DNA of 64,000 bases, taken from positions 42,036,001-42,100,000 of the forward strand of contig OX597827.1 in assembly GCA_951406725.2 (NCBI GenBank), read 5' to 3'. The notes below the pieces were generated by a model, which was not told where the DNA came from, ran no database searches, and saw only the letters and a list, made by a program, of their open reading frames with translations. Each line of letters begins with the position of its first letter. Within the stretch, counting starts at the first letter, position 1. The DNA comes from Octopus vulgaris (Eukaryota). Made by a program: the position numbers and the translations under genes. Below, piece by piece: positions 41,017 through 55,390 of this stretch.

Positions 41017-41372
41017 CATGCATAAATGCAGGTCTGTATGCTCACTTAGAAACACAACTAGTGACTATGATGACAGACGTAAATTAATAATTCAGCCAGA
41101 GACGTTGTTAAATTTTAAAGCTTTTGTCAATAAATATTCTCTTCCATACTAGTTTTCAATGTTCAAAGCCACAGGCGGAGCTAACTAACAGAAAATTACA
41201 TGCAGAGCTGTTGTGTTCAGCATTTATCTTAAAACTTAATGGACGCATCACCTCATTGCCTCATCACCTGATCACCACATCAACAGGTTATATTTTCTAT
41301 AGAAATGTGGTGAACGTACTCTACGTCAGCAGTATTTTGCTCTATATTTTCGTCCCAATATTGTGCTGCTTG

Positions 41373-41625
41373 TGGAGGCGTGTGGCTTAGTGGTTAGGGT
41401 GTTGAACTCATGAACGTAAAGTAAAGTTGTGGTTTCGATTCCTTGACCGGGCGATGCGTTGTTTTCTTGAGCAAAACACTTCATTTTCACGTTGCTCCAG
41501 TTCACTCAGCTGGCAAAAATGAGTAATCCTGCGACGGATCGGCGTCCTGTCCAGGTGGGGAATTTCTACGCCACTGAAACCGGGAAACCGGCCCTTATGA
41601 GACTGGCATGGTTCGAGAAGGAACA
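41373..41625 (+). mobile_element. SINE family C
   Basis: GGAGGCGTGTGGCTTAGTGGTTAGGG...GGTTTCGATTCC, core, and GAAACCGGGAAACCGGCCC tail. Confidence 0.8.
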
Positions 41626-41954
41626 TTGTGTTGCTTCGTATTGGCCTTGTACAGTACTTATTGAACAGACCTATGATCAAACGCATTCCTTCAGTGGCCA
41701 TCTTGCATTTGAAGGGTTATGTGATACTACTTTAACCAATGTTTGCATTGCTTATTTAAAAACTAGAAGGGTATGGATTTGTGAATGATTTGGCTGCTAT
41801 TTCTAACCGATCGAGTAGCACATACAAGCGAGTCTCTCTACCTTGTTTGGGGGAAGAGTAATACCTTGAGGACATTTTGGAGACTTCTGAAGAAATGTGA
41901 CGTAATCAAATGATTGTGTATGGAAAAATGTTGATTACGTCACATTTCTTCACA

Positions 41955-42715
41955 GGTGTCGATTATTTGAACAAAGTGGTTCTTTTCCTATTTATTCGTG
42001 GAGATGAATGGGAAACCTGTCTGCTCGGTGTGTATTCGTAGCAGGTTTCAGTATTCAAAGAATATAATATTTGGCGTCACCAAGGGACTCATCATGCCGA
42101 CAAATACAATAACTTGCAATGATAAATGGGGAAAGAGAAGGTAAATAACTGATTAGCGGGTCTAAAGAGACAACAGTCTGCTTTAACCCAAAGCCGAGAT
42201 ATCAGTCAGGCAACAGGTAAAGCTAGCTACTTTGCTGCTAGAGAAATAGCACTAGCATCAAAACCTTACTGTGAGGCTGAGTTCGTGAAAACATGCATAC
42301 TGAAGGCTGCGGAAATTGTATGCCCTGAGAAGCGACAGAGTTTTGTCAACATTAGCCAGATGAGAAACACTCTGGCAGATAGGATTTCAGATCTTTCTGC
42401 TGATTTGGACAGGCAACTGAAGCACAAAGTCAAGTCGTTTATTGCATTTTCGGGTGGCAATTGATAAGAGCACGGACATTACGGATGTTGCGCTACTGGC
42501 CATATCCATCCGTGGTGTAGACGTCACCGACGAGTTCCTGGAGTTGGTTCGTATGATGGACACCACAACAGTAAATGGGATTTTAATCCTGGAGCGCTGG
42601 ACAGGGTCGGAGTGGACTGGGCCCGTGCTGTCAGCGTGGGTGCAGATGGCGCTCCATCAATGATTGGGAAAAATGCAGTAATTGTGATGTAATTCAGAGA
42701 GGAAGTAGAGATCAA
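41955..42715 (+). pseudogene. hAT (Charlie/SPIN, GTF2IRD2-like) transposase fragment
   Basis: GKPVC..C, KEYNIWRH, SKPYCEAEFVKTC...EIVCPEK, DKSTDITDVALLAISIRGV and DGAPSMIG motifs. Confidence 0.85.
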
Positions 42716-44077
42716 AAATAAACATGCATTAGTGTTAATGGTGGTTTTCCAGCATGGTCACTACTCTGGCTAAAACCGATCATAGAATAACAGAATAGAA
42801 ATACTTCGACATATGTGAGGAAGAATGTCTACATTTTGGCATGCAGTGGTTAATAGTAAAGAAAACTCTTTGAAAATCTTGACATGTATCTCTTCCCTGT
42901 GTAGTCATTTTATGTAAAACAGTTCATATTTAGACCCAGTGCTGACTGAATGATCTGACTAGTGGTGATCAAAATTATTCCAGCCAAGACCACTTTATAT
43001 TTTTCTGAAATATTGGGTAAATCGGACTATATTAACGTATATGTTCCATGGTTTGCAGGAACACAACTTTTCTGTAACGTGGTATGTGCCTGTACAAATA
43101 CATACTTACCGAGGGGTAAGTAATTTGAAAGCAATTTGGTTACTATTTTTGCAGATCGGAGAGACATTACTGGAGATAGCCACAGAGGAAACAAGGAGAG
43201 AAAGGAGAAGAGTTTACATCTTATTCGATCTTCAAAGTAATAGCAAGAAAAATCTCCTTCACGCTCTACCACCGTCATTATGTTTTTTTTTTTTTATATG
43301 CAGATGCTGTCAGAGAGATACCTAAAAAAACAGCTGCCTTTCCAATCTGAAGTCTCTACTTAGTTATATTTTTTGCAGTCAAATTCTATTATCTTTGGAT
43401 TTGTGCTTACTTCCATGTAAGGTTTCCAGCTCGTAATTTCCAATGCCAATAGAACAAATTTCCTTTATGGTCCAATTAAATATATCTAATACTCGTATCA
43501 GTGCTCGTTTTTGAAATGCATTGTAGGATAATTCCCGTTGCAATACGTGAACGCTTCTGACAGGCATCTCTTTTTTAAAACCTTTGTGTGATATACTTTG
43601 ATCATCTTTGTTTCATTGTTCTCTGTACAATTGGATGAGATACAGTTTCCTCAATACCTATGTATTAGTAGGAAGCTGTATCTCATACATATGTATTTCT
43701 AGGATTCACTGTGTGGAACAGGCAAAGAGAGATAGAGAGAGAGGGGGAGAAGAGAGAAAGAGAAACTATTGATATAGATACTTTGGGTGTTTCGATACCA
43801 GTTCAATCAACTATGAAGTTTCCTTTTCATTAAATTCTGTCTGTCATCTGAAAACGCTTGTTATTAAATCCATCTGTTACTCCACATTGTAAATATTTTC
43901 ACCTCCTACCATTAACAAAGAAATCACGGATCACGTTTTCGTTCTGCATTCGTGCGCCCTCTATTTGGAGGATGCAATGTGAGTTAGGCAATGCTGTAGA
44001 GTGCTCAGTCTTCAATTTATGCTCTTACACTTGTAGTTTCTTTTATGTATGTATATAGATTATATAGATAGATATTA

Positions 44078-44345
44078 TGGCTGTGTGGTAAGCAGCTCGC
44101 TTCCCAACCACATAATTCCGGGTTCAGTCCCATTGCGTGGCACTTTGGACAGGTGTCTTCTACTATAGCCTTGGGCTGACCAAAACCCTGTGAGTGTATT
44201 TGGTAGATGGAAACTGAGAGAATCCCGTCGTATATATATATATATATATATATATATGGAATTAGCGGGCATTTTGAATTAGTCTTGATGCATACATGCA
44301 TATATATGTATATATACATTCGTATATGTAATTATTCGTATTTTG

Positions 44346-44386
<41 letters not shown>

Positions 44387-44616
44387 TTATGTTTCATTCT
44401 GAGTGTATTCTACTGACGAGGCAAAGCATTTCTAAATGCAAAGTCAGAAATCCGGGAAATAGAATTATCCAATAATTTTTTACTAGTTTCATCTTGTCTC
44501 TTTGTCTTTTCTCCATGTTGCTATATGAAAGCTTAAGGTAGTTTTAGAGTCGGTTCACGGCTGCTATTTTGGGCATGGTGGTATCTCGTAGATACCCTGG
44601 TTGATAAATTTTAATG

Positions 44617-44700
<84 letters not shown>

Positions 44701-44922
44701 TATAGATATATGTATATGCTTATAGCTGTCTTTGTGTCTCTGTACTCTCTTCATCGCTTGACAACTGGTGTTGGTGTGTTTACTTAGCGGTCCGGCAGAA
44801 GAAACCGATTGAATAAGCGCCAGGCTTTAAAAAAATAAGTCATGGGGTCGAATCGTTCTACTAAAACACTTCGAGGCGGTGCTCCAGCATGGCAGTAGTC
44901 AAATGACTCAGAAGTAGAAGAA
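44078..44922 (+). mobile_element. SINE family A split by microsatellites and an HHR-bearing insert
   Basis: 5' half at 44078-44230, 3' half at about 44740-44922; followed tail-to-tail by a minus-strand 3' half at 44930-45125. Confidence 0.6.
44407..44465 (+). ncRNA. Degenerate type I hammerhead motif
   Basis: ATTCTA-CTGACGA-GGC...GCATTT/AAATGC...GTC-a-GAAATCCGG...TAGAAT; the NUH site has decayed. Confidence 0.45.
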
Positions 44923-45182
44923 TACATTCCTTTACTTGTTTCACCCATCAGGCTGCGGCCATGCTGGGGTACCGCCTTGAAGAATTTTAGTCGAATAATC
45001 AACCTCAGCACATATTTTCCTTTAAAGCCTGGTACTTATTCTATCGGTCTCTTTTGCCGAACCGCTATTTTACGGGCGTAAACAAACGATCACTGGTCAT
45101 CGAGCGGCGGTGGTGGGCAAACACAGACACAAAATCATGTATGTATATATGCGTGTGTGTGTGTGTGTGTGTGTCTGTGTAT

Positions 45183-45548
45183 GGAAGTACAATGGCCCAG
45201 TGGTTAGGGCAGCGGACTTGCGGTCATAGGATCGCGGTTTCGATTCCCAGACGGGGAATTGTGAATGTTTTTTGAGCGAAAACACCTTAAGGCTCCACGA
45301 GGCTCCGACAAGGGGTGGTGGAGAACCCTGCTGTACTCTTTCGCCACAACTTTCTCTCACCCTTTATTTGTGTTTCAGTTGTACCTGTATTTCAAAGGGC
45401 CAGCCTTGTCACACTCTGTGTCATGCTGAATCTTCCCGAGAACTGCGTTAAGGGTACACGTGTCTGTGGTGTGCTTAGCCACTTGCACGTTAATTTCACG
45501 AGTAGGATCAACTTGAACCCTCGTCGTCGTAATCGTTGGAGTGCCGTA
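45183..45548 (+). mobile_element. SINE family D head with the tail used by family C copy 10198
   Basis: GGCCCAGTGGTTAGGGCAGCGG head; tail CCTTGTCACACTCTGTGTCATGCTGAATC...GGAGTGCC. Confidence 0.7.
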
Positions 45549-45567
45549 AGGTATATATATATATACA

Positions 45568-45644
<77 letters not shown>

Positions 45645-46064
45645 CGGCGGGCTTCTTTCAGTTTCCATCCACTAAATCCACTCACAAGGTTTTGACCGAA
45701 CTATGGTGAAACAGTATACTTCACAGCTAATCAAAATGAAAACTTCCCCGGAAGCGAAAGAAAACGCCATTTATCGATATTTCACTTTTTTTTCTGCTCA
45801 TTACATGCCGGATATTGCCACGCTTCCGAAATGAAATCGAATTAGCAGCTAGAAGTATATATAAATAGTGTTAAAATTTATTCCCTGATGTGCAAATTTT
45901 GTGTTAGAATCAGTTCAATAATGCAAACATTATTAATATTCCACACTTCAAAGCTTTGACGTATATTAAGTTTTTAACACTATACGTCTTTAAGGGGGGG
46001 GGGTAATACCGCAGCTTTTTAGCGGTTAACGACAAACACACATATTAAGTGTGTAATATTCTTT

Positions 46065-46480
46065 TATTCTTTTGCTTCCTTCAGTCATTTAACTGCCACC
46101 ATGCTGGAGCATCGCATTTAAGATATTTCAGTCGAACAAATCGACCTCAGGACTTATTTTTAGAGCCTAGTACTTGTTCTATCGTTCCTTTTGCCGAACA
46201 GCTAGGTTACGGAGACGTAAACACACAAACACAGGTTGTCGAGCGGTGATGGGGAAACAAACACAGATAAAAGACATGTACACACACACATGTGTGTGTG
46301 TACGTGTGTGTTTGTATACGACGGGCTTCTTTCAGTTTCCGCCTACCGAATCCACTCACAAGTCTTTGGTCAGCCCGAGGATGTAGCAGAAGACCCTTGC
46401 CCAAGGTGCCACGCAGTGGCACTGAATCCAGGACGATGTGATTGGGAAGCAAACATCCTAGCACACAGCCATACCTCCGC
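46065..46480 (-). mobile_element. SINE family A, diverged
   Basis: Reverse-complement match. Confidence 0.75.
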
Positions 46481-46806
46481 TTATATTGTTAATTTTTAGA
46501 TTACTGAACTACTTCTCACACTTAAGTTTAATTTTGCAGCGCCATTACACATCAGCTTTTACACTATTTGCATACACTTCGAACTGACGATACGATTTCG
46601 TTTCGGAAGGGAGGCGAGTATACAGTGCTGATGAGCAGAAATAACTGCGAAATATCGATATCTATTGTTCTCGTTCAGTTCCAGGGCGATTTCGTTTCGC
46701 CTTTGAAGTATACCGTGTTTTTTTAAACTTTGTACATCTTTATAGTGTAGACTCCCGTGCATAATACCACAGCCACAAGCGTTTAAGCTTGCAGGTTCTT
46801 CATATC

Positions 46807-46876
<70 letters not shown>

Positions 46877-46960
46877 TGTGTGTGCGTATGATAAGACAAA
46901 GAAAATCCTTGAACATATCTTTAATGATTCGTTACTATTGTTTCTGTACTAACACTATAC

Positions 46961-47008
<48 letters not shown>

Positions 47009-47091
47009 ATTGTATGTCAGAGTATCATCTAGAAGAAGAATACTCTGACATACAATTAAATAGCTAGAATAATACCAGTCATCTCGCATGA

Positions 47092-47210
47092 CGACAGAGA
47101 GAACCTTGAATGGTGAAAGAGAGAGAGAGAACCTTGTATGGTGACAGAGAGAACCTTGTATGGCGAGAGAGAGAGAGAATCTTGTATGGTGACAGAGAGA
47201 GAGAGAGAGA
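47092..47210. repeat. Short minisatellite GACAGAGAGAACCTTGTATGGT
   Basis: About 4 units with variable (GA)n length. Confidence 0.75.
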
Positions 47211-47836
47211 GCGGTAAAATTGTACAAGCTTTCGTTATTGAAAGCCAATGCTGTACAGATGTTCTATCATCGTGCGCAACGGTTATCATCTGACGAGATT
47301 GAGCAATCACCATGTATGTATTAATTTTTACCAGGAAACAATTGACAGCGACTTCGAATTTTCGTTCAGCATGATTTATCGAACTGTCATCTGTTTAATA
47401 ACAGGTGAGGAAGTCGAAACTTGGAACACTCTGCTAAGAAGTTTTATGAAAAAAAAGAAAAACATCTTTTAAAAGTTTATAAATATTTTGTCTTCTGAAA
47501 AATTTCGAGTAATCCTTGTTCCTTTCGTTTAATGTTAAACTTGTTTATATCTAACTTCATATAAGAACAAACATTAAATACATGTATGTATGTATGTATG
47601 TATGTATGTATGTATGTATGTATGTATGTATGTATGTATGTATACTGTGATTTAAATTGCATGACATATAACCTTTGTTTTGAACTCCATGTTCATACTT
47701 AAGCAGTGAAAGAAAATCTGCAAAGAAAATTCTTGTCTTCAGTTAGAAAGATCATAGAAGTAAAAAATATGGTGACTGGCTTCATGTGTTGTATCATGTG
47801 TATTGGTACATGCATACATGTATAGATAGATAGATT

Positions 47837-47919
<83 letters not shown>

Positions 47920-48381
47920 TGATAGATAGATAGATACATACATACATACATACATACATACATGCATACATACATACACACACACACACACACTTGTGTG
48001 TATGCTTATATAATAACATGGGAGGACGCGTGGTTTAGTGGTTAGGGTGATGCACTCAAGATCGTAAGGTTGTTGTTTCGATACCTGAAGCAGGTGATAC
48101 ATTGTGTTCTTAAGCAAAACACCTTTATTTCACGTTGCCACACAGTCCACTCAGCTCGCAAAACGGGTAACCCTGCGAGGGGCCGACGACACGTCCGTGG
48201 TGGTAATGGTGGTGGTGGTGGTGGGGTGGCGAGAGTATAGCCATAGCAAAGATTTCGGGAAACTTACCTTATGAGTCTCAGGAAGGACTGTTAATCACTT
48301 TTGATATAGATGTATATATATATATATATGCGGAGATATGCATTTACATACAGGCATACATACAAATATACATACACACAT

Positions 48382-48422
<41 letters not shown>

Positions 48423-48428
<6 letters not shown>

Positions 48429-49363
48429 CATATGTAATGCAGTTTTTTTATACTGGATTGTATATGCGGTTTTTTTATACATTTTTATTTTTCAGAATTA
48501 AGATAAACAAAGTTCGTTTTTAAACTAAAATATACTATCATTCATTTTCTACAATGTTCTTCCATCCATCTGCTAGTCTTGCAAGCCTCCTCTTACAAAA
48601 TTCATTTGACCGTGACGAAAAATACTACGCCAGTACTGTTCTAACCTCGTCTACAGAATTCATATTTTTTTCGTCCAAATGATTTTGAAAGCTGCGGAAT
48701 AAAATGAATTAGCAGATGGGGCAATGTTCAGCGAAAATATTATCGTGGGGAACCGTTTCCTACTCAAACTGCTCCAGCCTTTGCAATGTCATCCTCGCTA
48801 TATGTGGCCGAACATTATCCTGATGGAAGAACACCTTTCATCTTGAAACCAAAAATGCTAGTTTTCCGATGGCACACAGGTGTCGATGAATGGTTGAATG
48901 ACTAAATCCAAGCTACTCTGATTGCTGTTCAACAGTTACAATGGGAATTTGTTCCACCAGGATTTGCAGGGCGCCCTCGTTGAACTCTACAGATCTTTCA
49001 GGACGAGGCTCATCTGCTAGGCTGTAGTTTTGGACTCTGCAACCACCGTTGACACTGGCTTACGCTTATTGTCCGATCCCCATATACAGCATTAATATCG
49101 CTCGCACTTTCAGTTGCGTTATTGTCTTTATTGAACTCAGGAAGCAAAATATGCCGAATATGCTCCTTTGTCACTTCCATTATAGCTTTGAAAATGTAAC
49201 TGTTAAAATCGAACTGCACTCTTCAAAACTTGCACTAAGAATAAGCAAAAGGTACAATTTCTACTTACTTTTATAGCAAGTTGATGCAGGTAGTTAATCC
49301 CGTCCCCTTCCGACTTTTAGTTCAGGGAATTGAAAAAAACCGCATCATTTATGGATAACCCAA
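48423..49363 (-). mobile_element. Internally deleted mariner (DD34D-type)
   Basis: TIR TTGGGTTATCCATAAATGATGCGG; MEVTKEHIRHILLPEFNK...INAVYG...CQRW and HQDNVRPH motifs. Confidence 0.85.
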
Positions 49364-49375
49364 TATATATATATA

Positions 49376-49428
<53 letters not shown>

Positions 49429-49469
49429 GGGTGTATGTATGTACGTACATATGTATGTATATATGTGTG

Positions 49470-49501
<32 letters not shown>

Positions 49502-49777
49502 TGTGGTGCTGTTAGAAAAAACATATATGATTCGTGGTGCGCTCGAATAAATATATATATATACACATATATATATTTAAACACACATTGTCATGGATGT
49601 AATGTTTTTGATGAGGCGTTCCAACAGTGACCATCCCCTTTAAAATAATCCTGACATTGCCAAAACCATCTCATTTTTTAAATTAAAGTCAGTAGAGTGA
49701 GAATTACGGGCAATTTAAATAAGTAACAGTTATGCACTGGAGGTCAATGTAATCGACTTAATCCCTTCGTCTGTCCT

Positions 49778-50442
49778 TATTTCTTTATTGCCCATAAGGG
49801 GCTAAACATAGAGGGACAACCAAAGACAGACAACTGGATTAAGTCGATTACATCGACCCCAGTGCATAACTATTACTTATTTAATAGACCTCGAAAGGAT
49901 GAAAGGCAAAGTCGACCTCGGCGGAATTTGAAATCAGAACGTAACGGCAGACGATATACTGCTAAGCATTTCGCCCGGCCTGCCAACGTTTCTTATTTCT
50001 TTACTGCCCACAAGGGGCTACACACAGAGAGAGGACAAACAAGGACAGACAAACGGAATAAGTCGATTACATCGACCCCAGTGCGTAATTGGTACTTAAT
50101 TTATCGACCCCGAAAGGATGAAAGGCAAAGTCAACCTCGGCGGAATTTGAAATCAGAACGTAACGGCAGACGAAATACTGCTAAGCATTTCGCCCAGCGT
50201 GCCAACGTTTCTTATTTCTTTACTGCCCACAAGGGGCTACACAGAGAGAGAGGACAAACAAGGACAGACAAACGGAATAAGTCGATTACATCGACCCCAG
50301 TGCGTAATTGGTACTTAATTTATCGACCCCGAAAGGATGAAAGGCAAAGTCGACCTCGGCGGAATTTGAAATCAGAACGTAATACTGCTGAGCATTTCGC
50401 CCTTCGCCCGGCGTGCTAACGTTTCTGCCAGCTCGTCGCCTT
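49778..50442 (-). mobile_element. SINE B head-to-tail trimer (period about 219 bp)
   Basis: The junction AACGTTTC|TTATTTCTTT is repeated at about 49993 and 50212. Confidence 0.88.
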
Positions 50443-50713
50443 AAGCAAGGTTCTTACCATACGGCTACGCCTGCGCCTTAGTTACAAGCTGCTGATTCAT
50501 AGAAATCTATTCTTCGTTATGTAGTAAAAAAAAAGAATAGACATTGAATCTTTACGTATCGTCTCCACCATTCCTCGATAGTATGGTTGGATATTTTTAG
50601 AATACACAGCTAGAATGTTCCAAGTATTTCTATGAATTTTAAAGCTATAGAATTACTGCTTTGTCCGTGTAGGTGAGTTGAATTCAACATTGGCACGTAT
50701 GTATGTACGTATG

Positions 50714-50746
<33 letters not shown>

Positions 50747-50749
50747 TTG

Positions 50750-50812
<63 letters not shown>

Positions 50813-50845
50813 TTCTCTATTCCTCTCTCTCTCTCTATCTATTTA

Positions 50846-50928
<83 letters not shown>

Positions 50929-51209
50929 TTGTATGTATGTATGTATTATGTATGTATCTGTATAATACCTTATGGAGCAGAAATACAGCCAACAAAGACG
51001 AATGAAGGTATATTAAATATGATACAGTATAAAATATTGATTGCTTGAAATTACCTTCCTTTCAAGGAAAAAAAAAGAACGTAAAAGATACCACATAAAA
51101 TCTCGAACGACTCCGTTTTAGGAAAGAAGATAATGTCTGGAATTCTTCGAAATTAAAATTATTTTAAGCGAAACACACTGACTATCTTCAAACATACAAA
51201 CACTTCACA

Positions 51210-51253
51210 TATATATGCATATATACATACATACATACATACATATACATATA

Positions 51254-51289
<36 letters not shown>

Positions 51290-51291
51290 AT

Positions 51292-51382
<91 letters not shown>

Positions 51383-51441
51383 TGTTATATTTCGGAATGG
51401 TCATATTGCCAGTTTAGCCATAATATATTTAAACGTATATG

Positions 51442-51537
<96 letters not shown>

Positions 51538-51550
51538 ATATATATATATA
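51210..51550. repeat. Long (TA)n region with a short unique insert at about 51381-51435
   Basis: Seen directly in the sequence. Confidence 0.9.
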
Positions 51551-52091
51551 TAAATACCTAGAGAGATACACAACTATACATACGTACGTACATACAAATA
51601 CATGCATATAGAATATTTTCGAAATACAATATTTTTGATGTTTATATTAAATTTACCATCTACTCCTCAAAACTTTTAATTTCACCGCTAATCTCTGAAC
51701 TTCTTCTTCAAAATCTATTCTTCGTTGAATTCATTTACTGAATAATTCATCTTAATCCATAATAATAAACATCCAGTTGTACCTACTCCCACATATTTCC
51801 ACTCAGAAACGTCAATTTATGTCTTCCTCGTAGATTTAGATAAAATGTAGGTGTGTGCGTAACATACGCAGTAGATGTATAAACACGGGAAATCTAATTA
51901 TTTCTCCGTAGATTGAAACGATGATCAACAGTCTTAATCGATTTTCAGACCATATTGCGTTCTCCTCAGGGGTGTCTACGTAGATTTAACCAATCCCGGT
52001 AAATACCTCTCTGTTTATCTATCTGTCTATCATTCTATCTATCTATTTATCGATGCATACATACATGCATATGCATATGTGTGTGTGTGTT

Positions 52092-52129
<38 letters not shown>

Positions 52130-52135
52130 CATACA

Positions 52136-52189
<54 letters not shown>

Positions 52190-52204
52190 TATCTATATAT
52201 AAAT

Positions 52205-52636
52205 GCGCCCTTTTAAAGCCTAGCCAGGCTCATGGGACCGGTTTCCCGGTTTCCATGGCGTATTTCCGTGGAATAAGCTGCCAGACGAGATGATGAAGAT
52301 GCCGACGACCGCTCGGTTCAAAGTCTCCCTTGACCACAAGTGGCCTGAACTCTTTACATGAACACCACCCTGTACATAACTCCATGTCCCCCTACATGGC
52401 TTTGCTTTTTGCTTTTTGAGCCAAAAAATTAACTAACTAACTAACTAACATGTGTTCCCAAGCTGGATGGGACGCCAGTCCATCGCAGCGGTACTCATTT
52501 TTGCCAGCTGGGCGGACTGGAGCAACGTGAAATGAAGTGTTTTGCTCTAGAACACAACGCATCGCCCAGTCCAGGAATCGAAACCACAATCTTACGATCA
52601 TGATGCTAACACCCTAACCACTAAGCCACGCGCCTC

Positions 52637-52638
<2 letters not shown>
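52205..52638 (-). mobile_element. SINE family C interrupted by a LINE tail
   Basis: Head at 52638 and tail at 52205, collinear across the insert. Confidence 0.8.
52264..52449 (+). mobile_element. CR1-like LINE 3' end
   Basis: PWNKLPDEMMKMPTTARFKVSLDHKW...* followed by a UTR and a (TAAC)n tail. Confidence 0.7.
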
Positions 52639-52684
<46 letters not shown>

Positions 52685-52892
52685 GATAGATATATATATC
52701 AAAAGAATTATTATAATACAATTCCACAACCATACAAACAATCCAACATACATCCATCATCAGCTGCCCCACGGATATCATTATGGTTTCGACTCCTGGG
52801 AAGTACCAGTCAATCCGGTGGTGTCACCAGCACCTAAATAAGTGTTGTTTGGGAACAAACAAATCAAATAAACCACAACTTTCAAACACATT

Positions 52893-52946
<54 letters not shown>

Positions 52947-52960
52947 TATACATATGAATA

Positions 52961-52998
<38 letters not shown>

Positions 52999-53212
52999 TA
53001 TTCATATGTATATATATGTATACATATACATATATATAATTTCTGCATGTATTTATGTGTGTGAGTGTGAAGTTAGGGGAATAGATAAGGTGATAGATAA
53101 AGAGCGAGAAAAGAATACGCGCATAGTTAGAGAGATAGTGATACAAACAAACAGACAGGTACGTAGACAGATACATAGACAGAGATAGATAGATAGATAG
53201 ATACATAGACAG

Positions 53213-53277
<65 letters not shown>

Positions 53278-53917
53278 CATACATACATACATACATACAT
53301 ACATACGTACAGACTGTGATATATACGCAGATGCAGAGGTGGATAGAGTGATATATACATGCGTGCAGTGAATGAGCACAAACATATTTTTAGTTAGGTT
53401 GGTAGACTAAAAGATGGAGAGGGACAGAGGGGGGGGCGAATGGGAGAGAGAGAGCGGGTGCGGGGGAGATGGAGAAATGGAGAGATATATTAAGAAACAG
53501 GTAAACAATAAGGAACAATAAGATAAAAGGCGAAGTTGAAAGAAGATGGAGAATATAAATATAAAGACAAAACCCAAGTTCAAAGAACGATGGAATCAAT
53601 GATTTCTCCATGGAGAAACTCCATGGAAATATATATACACCACCACGACCACTACTGCTATAACTGTTACCGCCACCACTAACCGCACTACCACCGCAAC
53701 TGTCTTCATCACACCCATTAACACGCAACAATAAAAACAACAACCTGTTAATACCTCCAACGGTGTCGGCACCATCGCTGTCAACATCATCGTTATCTCT
53801 GCAATCACAGCATCTACGCTGCTGCTGCTATCAGCCAACGAGGAAATCTCTACTCGGTTACACGATGTAAAAAAGAAAACAAAATGGAAGTCAAATATTC
53901 CTTAAATAATTATTTAT

Positions 53918-54520
53918 ACTCTAGGCACAAGGCCTTGGAGATTTAAAGGGGAAGGAGGTTAGTCGATTATATCGACCCCAGTGCGTACCTGGTACTTATT
54001 TCCTCGACCCCGAGAGGATGAAAGCAAAGTCGACTTCGGCGGAATTTGAACTTAGAACGTAGCGGTAAACGAAATACTTATTTCTTTACTACCCACAAGG
54101 GGCTAAACACCGAGAGGACAAACAAAGACAGACAAACGGATTAAGTCGATTACATCGACCCCAGTGCGTAACTGGTATTTATGTCATCGACCCCGAGAAG
54201 ATGAAAGGCAAAGTCGACCTCGGCGGAATTTGAACTTAGAACGTAGCGGTAAACGAAATACTGTTAAGCATTTCGCCGGGCGTGCTAACGATTCTGCTAC
54301 GTCGCAGACTTAAATAATGTTATTAATTTAGGAAGATTTACATCAGACAAAATGCTGAGAGGCATTTCGTCCGTCCTTATGTTCAGAGTTGAAATACCGT
54401 TGTGGTCGACTTTCATACTTTCTGGGTCGATAAAGTAAGTACCAGTCAAGCACTGAGGTCGATATACTCGACTAACCGCCTACCCCCAAATTCCAGGCTT
54501 TGTACCAATAACGGAAAGGA
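53918..54520. mobile_element. SINE B dimer (minus) followed by a diverged plus copy
   Basis: Family B consensus matches at 53918-54310 (minus) and 54345-54520 (plus). Confidence 0.75.
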
Positions 54521-54634
54521 TTATTTTGGTAAGATTTGGCTACAAAGTTTTAAAAGAAATATATAACAAGGTCTCCAGTGGTTACGACGCTGAGTATTAC
54601 AGTATTAATCCGACCAATCGGAACAGTCTCTCTC

Positions 54635-54912
54635 TATTTTACTCTTTTACTTGTTTCAGTCATTTAACTGTGACCATGCTGGAGCACCGCCTTTAGTCGA
54701 GCAAATCGTCCCCAGGACTTATTCTTTGTAAGCCTAGTATATATATATATACTAGGCTTCTTTCAGTTTACATCTACCAAATCCACTCACAATGCTTTGG
54801 CCGGCATCGAGGCTATAGTAGAAGACACTTGCCCAAGGTGTCACGCAGTGGGACTGAATCCGGAATCATGTGGTTCGTAAGCAAGCTTCTTACCACAGTG
54901 CCACTCCTACAC
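54635..54912 (-). mobile_element. SINE family A with central deletion
   Basis: Reverse-complement match; the junction forms the small palindrome AGCCTAGT(AT)nACTAGGCT. Confidence 0.75.
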
Positions 54913-54916
54913 CTTT

Positions 54917-55266
54917 TAGGGAGAGAGAGAAAGCTGTGATGAAAGAGTATAACAGGGGTCACCACCACTCCCCGCCGGAGCATCATGAAGCTTTTAGGTG
55001 TTTTCGCTCAATAAACACATACAACGCCCAGTGTGGGAATCGAAACCGCGATCCTCCGACCGCGAATCTGCTCCCCTAACCACTGGGCCTATTAGGGAGA
55101 GAGAGAAAGCTGTGGTGAAAGAGTATAACAGGGGTCACCACCACTCCCCGCCGGAGCATCATGAAGCTTTTAGGTGTTTTCGCTCAATAAACACATACAA
55201 CGCCCAGTATGGGAATCAAAACCGCGATCCTCCGACCGCGAATCCGCTCCCCTAACCACTGGGCCA
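54917..55266 (-). repeat. Tandem dimer (about 176 bp) of a SINE D head
   Basis: 54917-55092 is similar to 55093-55266. Confidence 0.85.
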
Positions 55267-55390
55267 TTGCACGTGAAATCGGCGTGCAAGTGGCTGAGTC
55301 CTCCACAGACCCTCATACCTTGAACATCGTTTTCAGAGAGATCCAGCGTGACGCATTGTGTGATGAATCTGGCCCTTTGAAATCGAATTA

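Noticed and set aside
43030-44040. Possible very old LINE RT fragments (RLQIGKAAVF on minus; FSFCIRAPSIW on plus)
   Set aside because: Too degraded to assign a family or boundaries by eye.
45693-46029. Possible piggyBac-like MITE ending GCGGTTAA
   Set aside because: The left TIR and TSD (TTGACCG) match poorly.
47092-47210. Repeat-spacer-like pattern (CRISPR?)
   Set aside because: The spacers are only (GA)n length variants, the context is eukaryotic and there are no cas genes.
49862-50419. 185-aa ORF with three internal repeats
   Set aside because: It is the antisense reading of the SINE B trimer.
52772-52817. Minus-strand CGGA...GACT/AGTC-GAAACCAT...ATA-TCCG in a TA-flanked insert
   Set aside because: Stems resemble an HHR but the CUGANGA strand is missing; at best a deleted relic.
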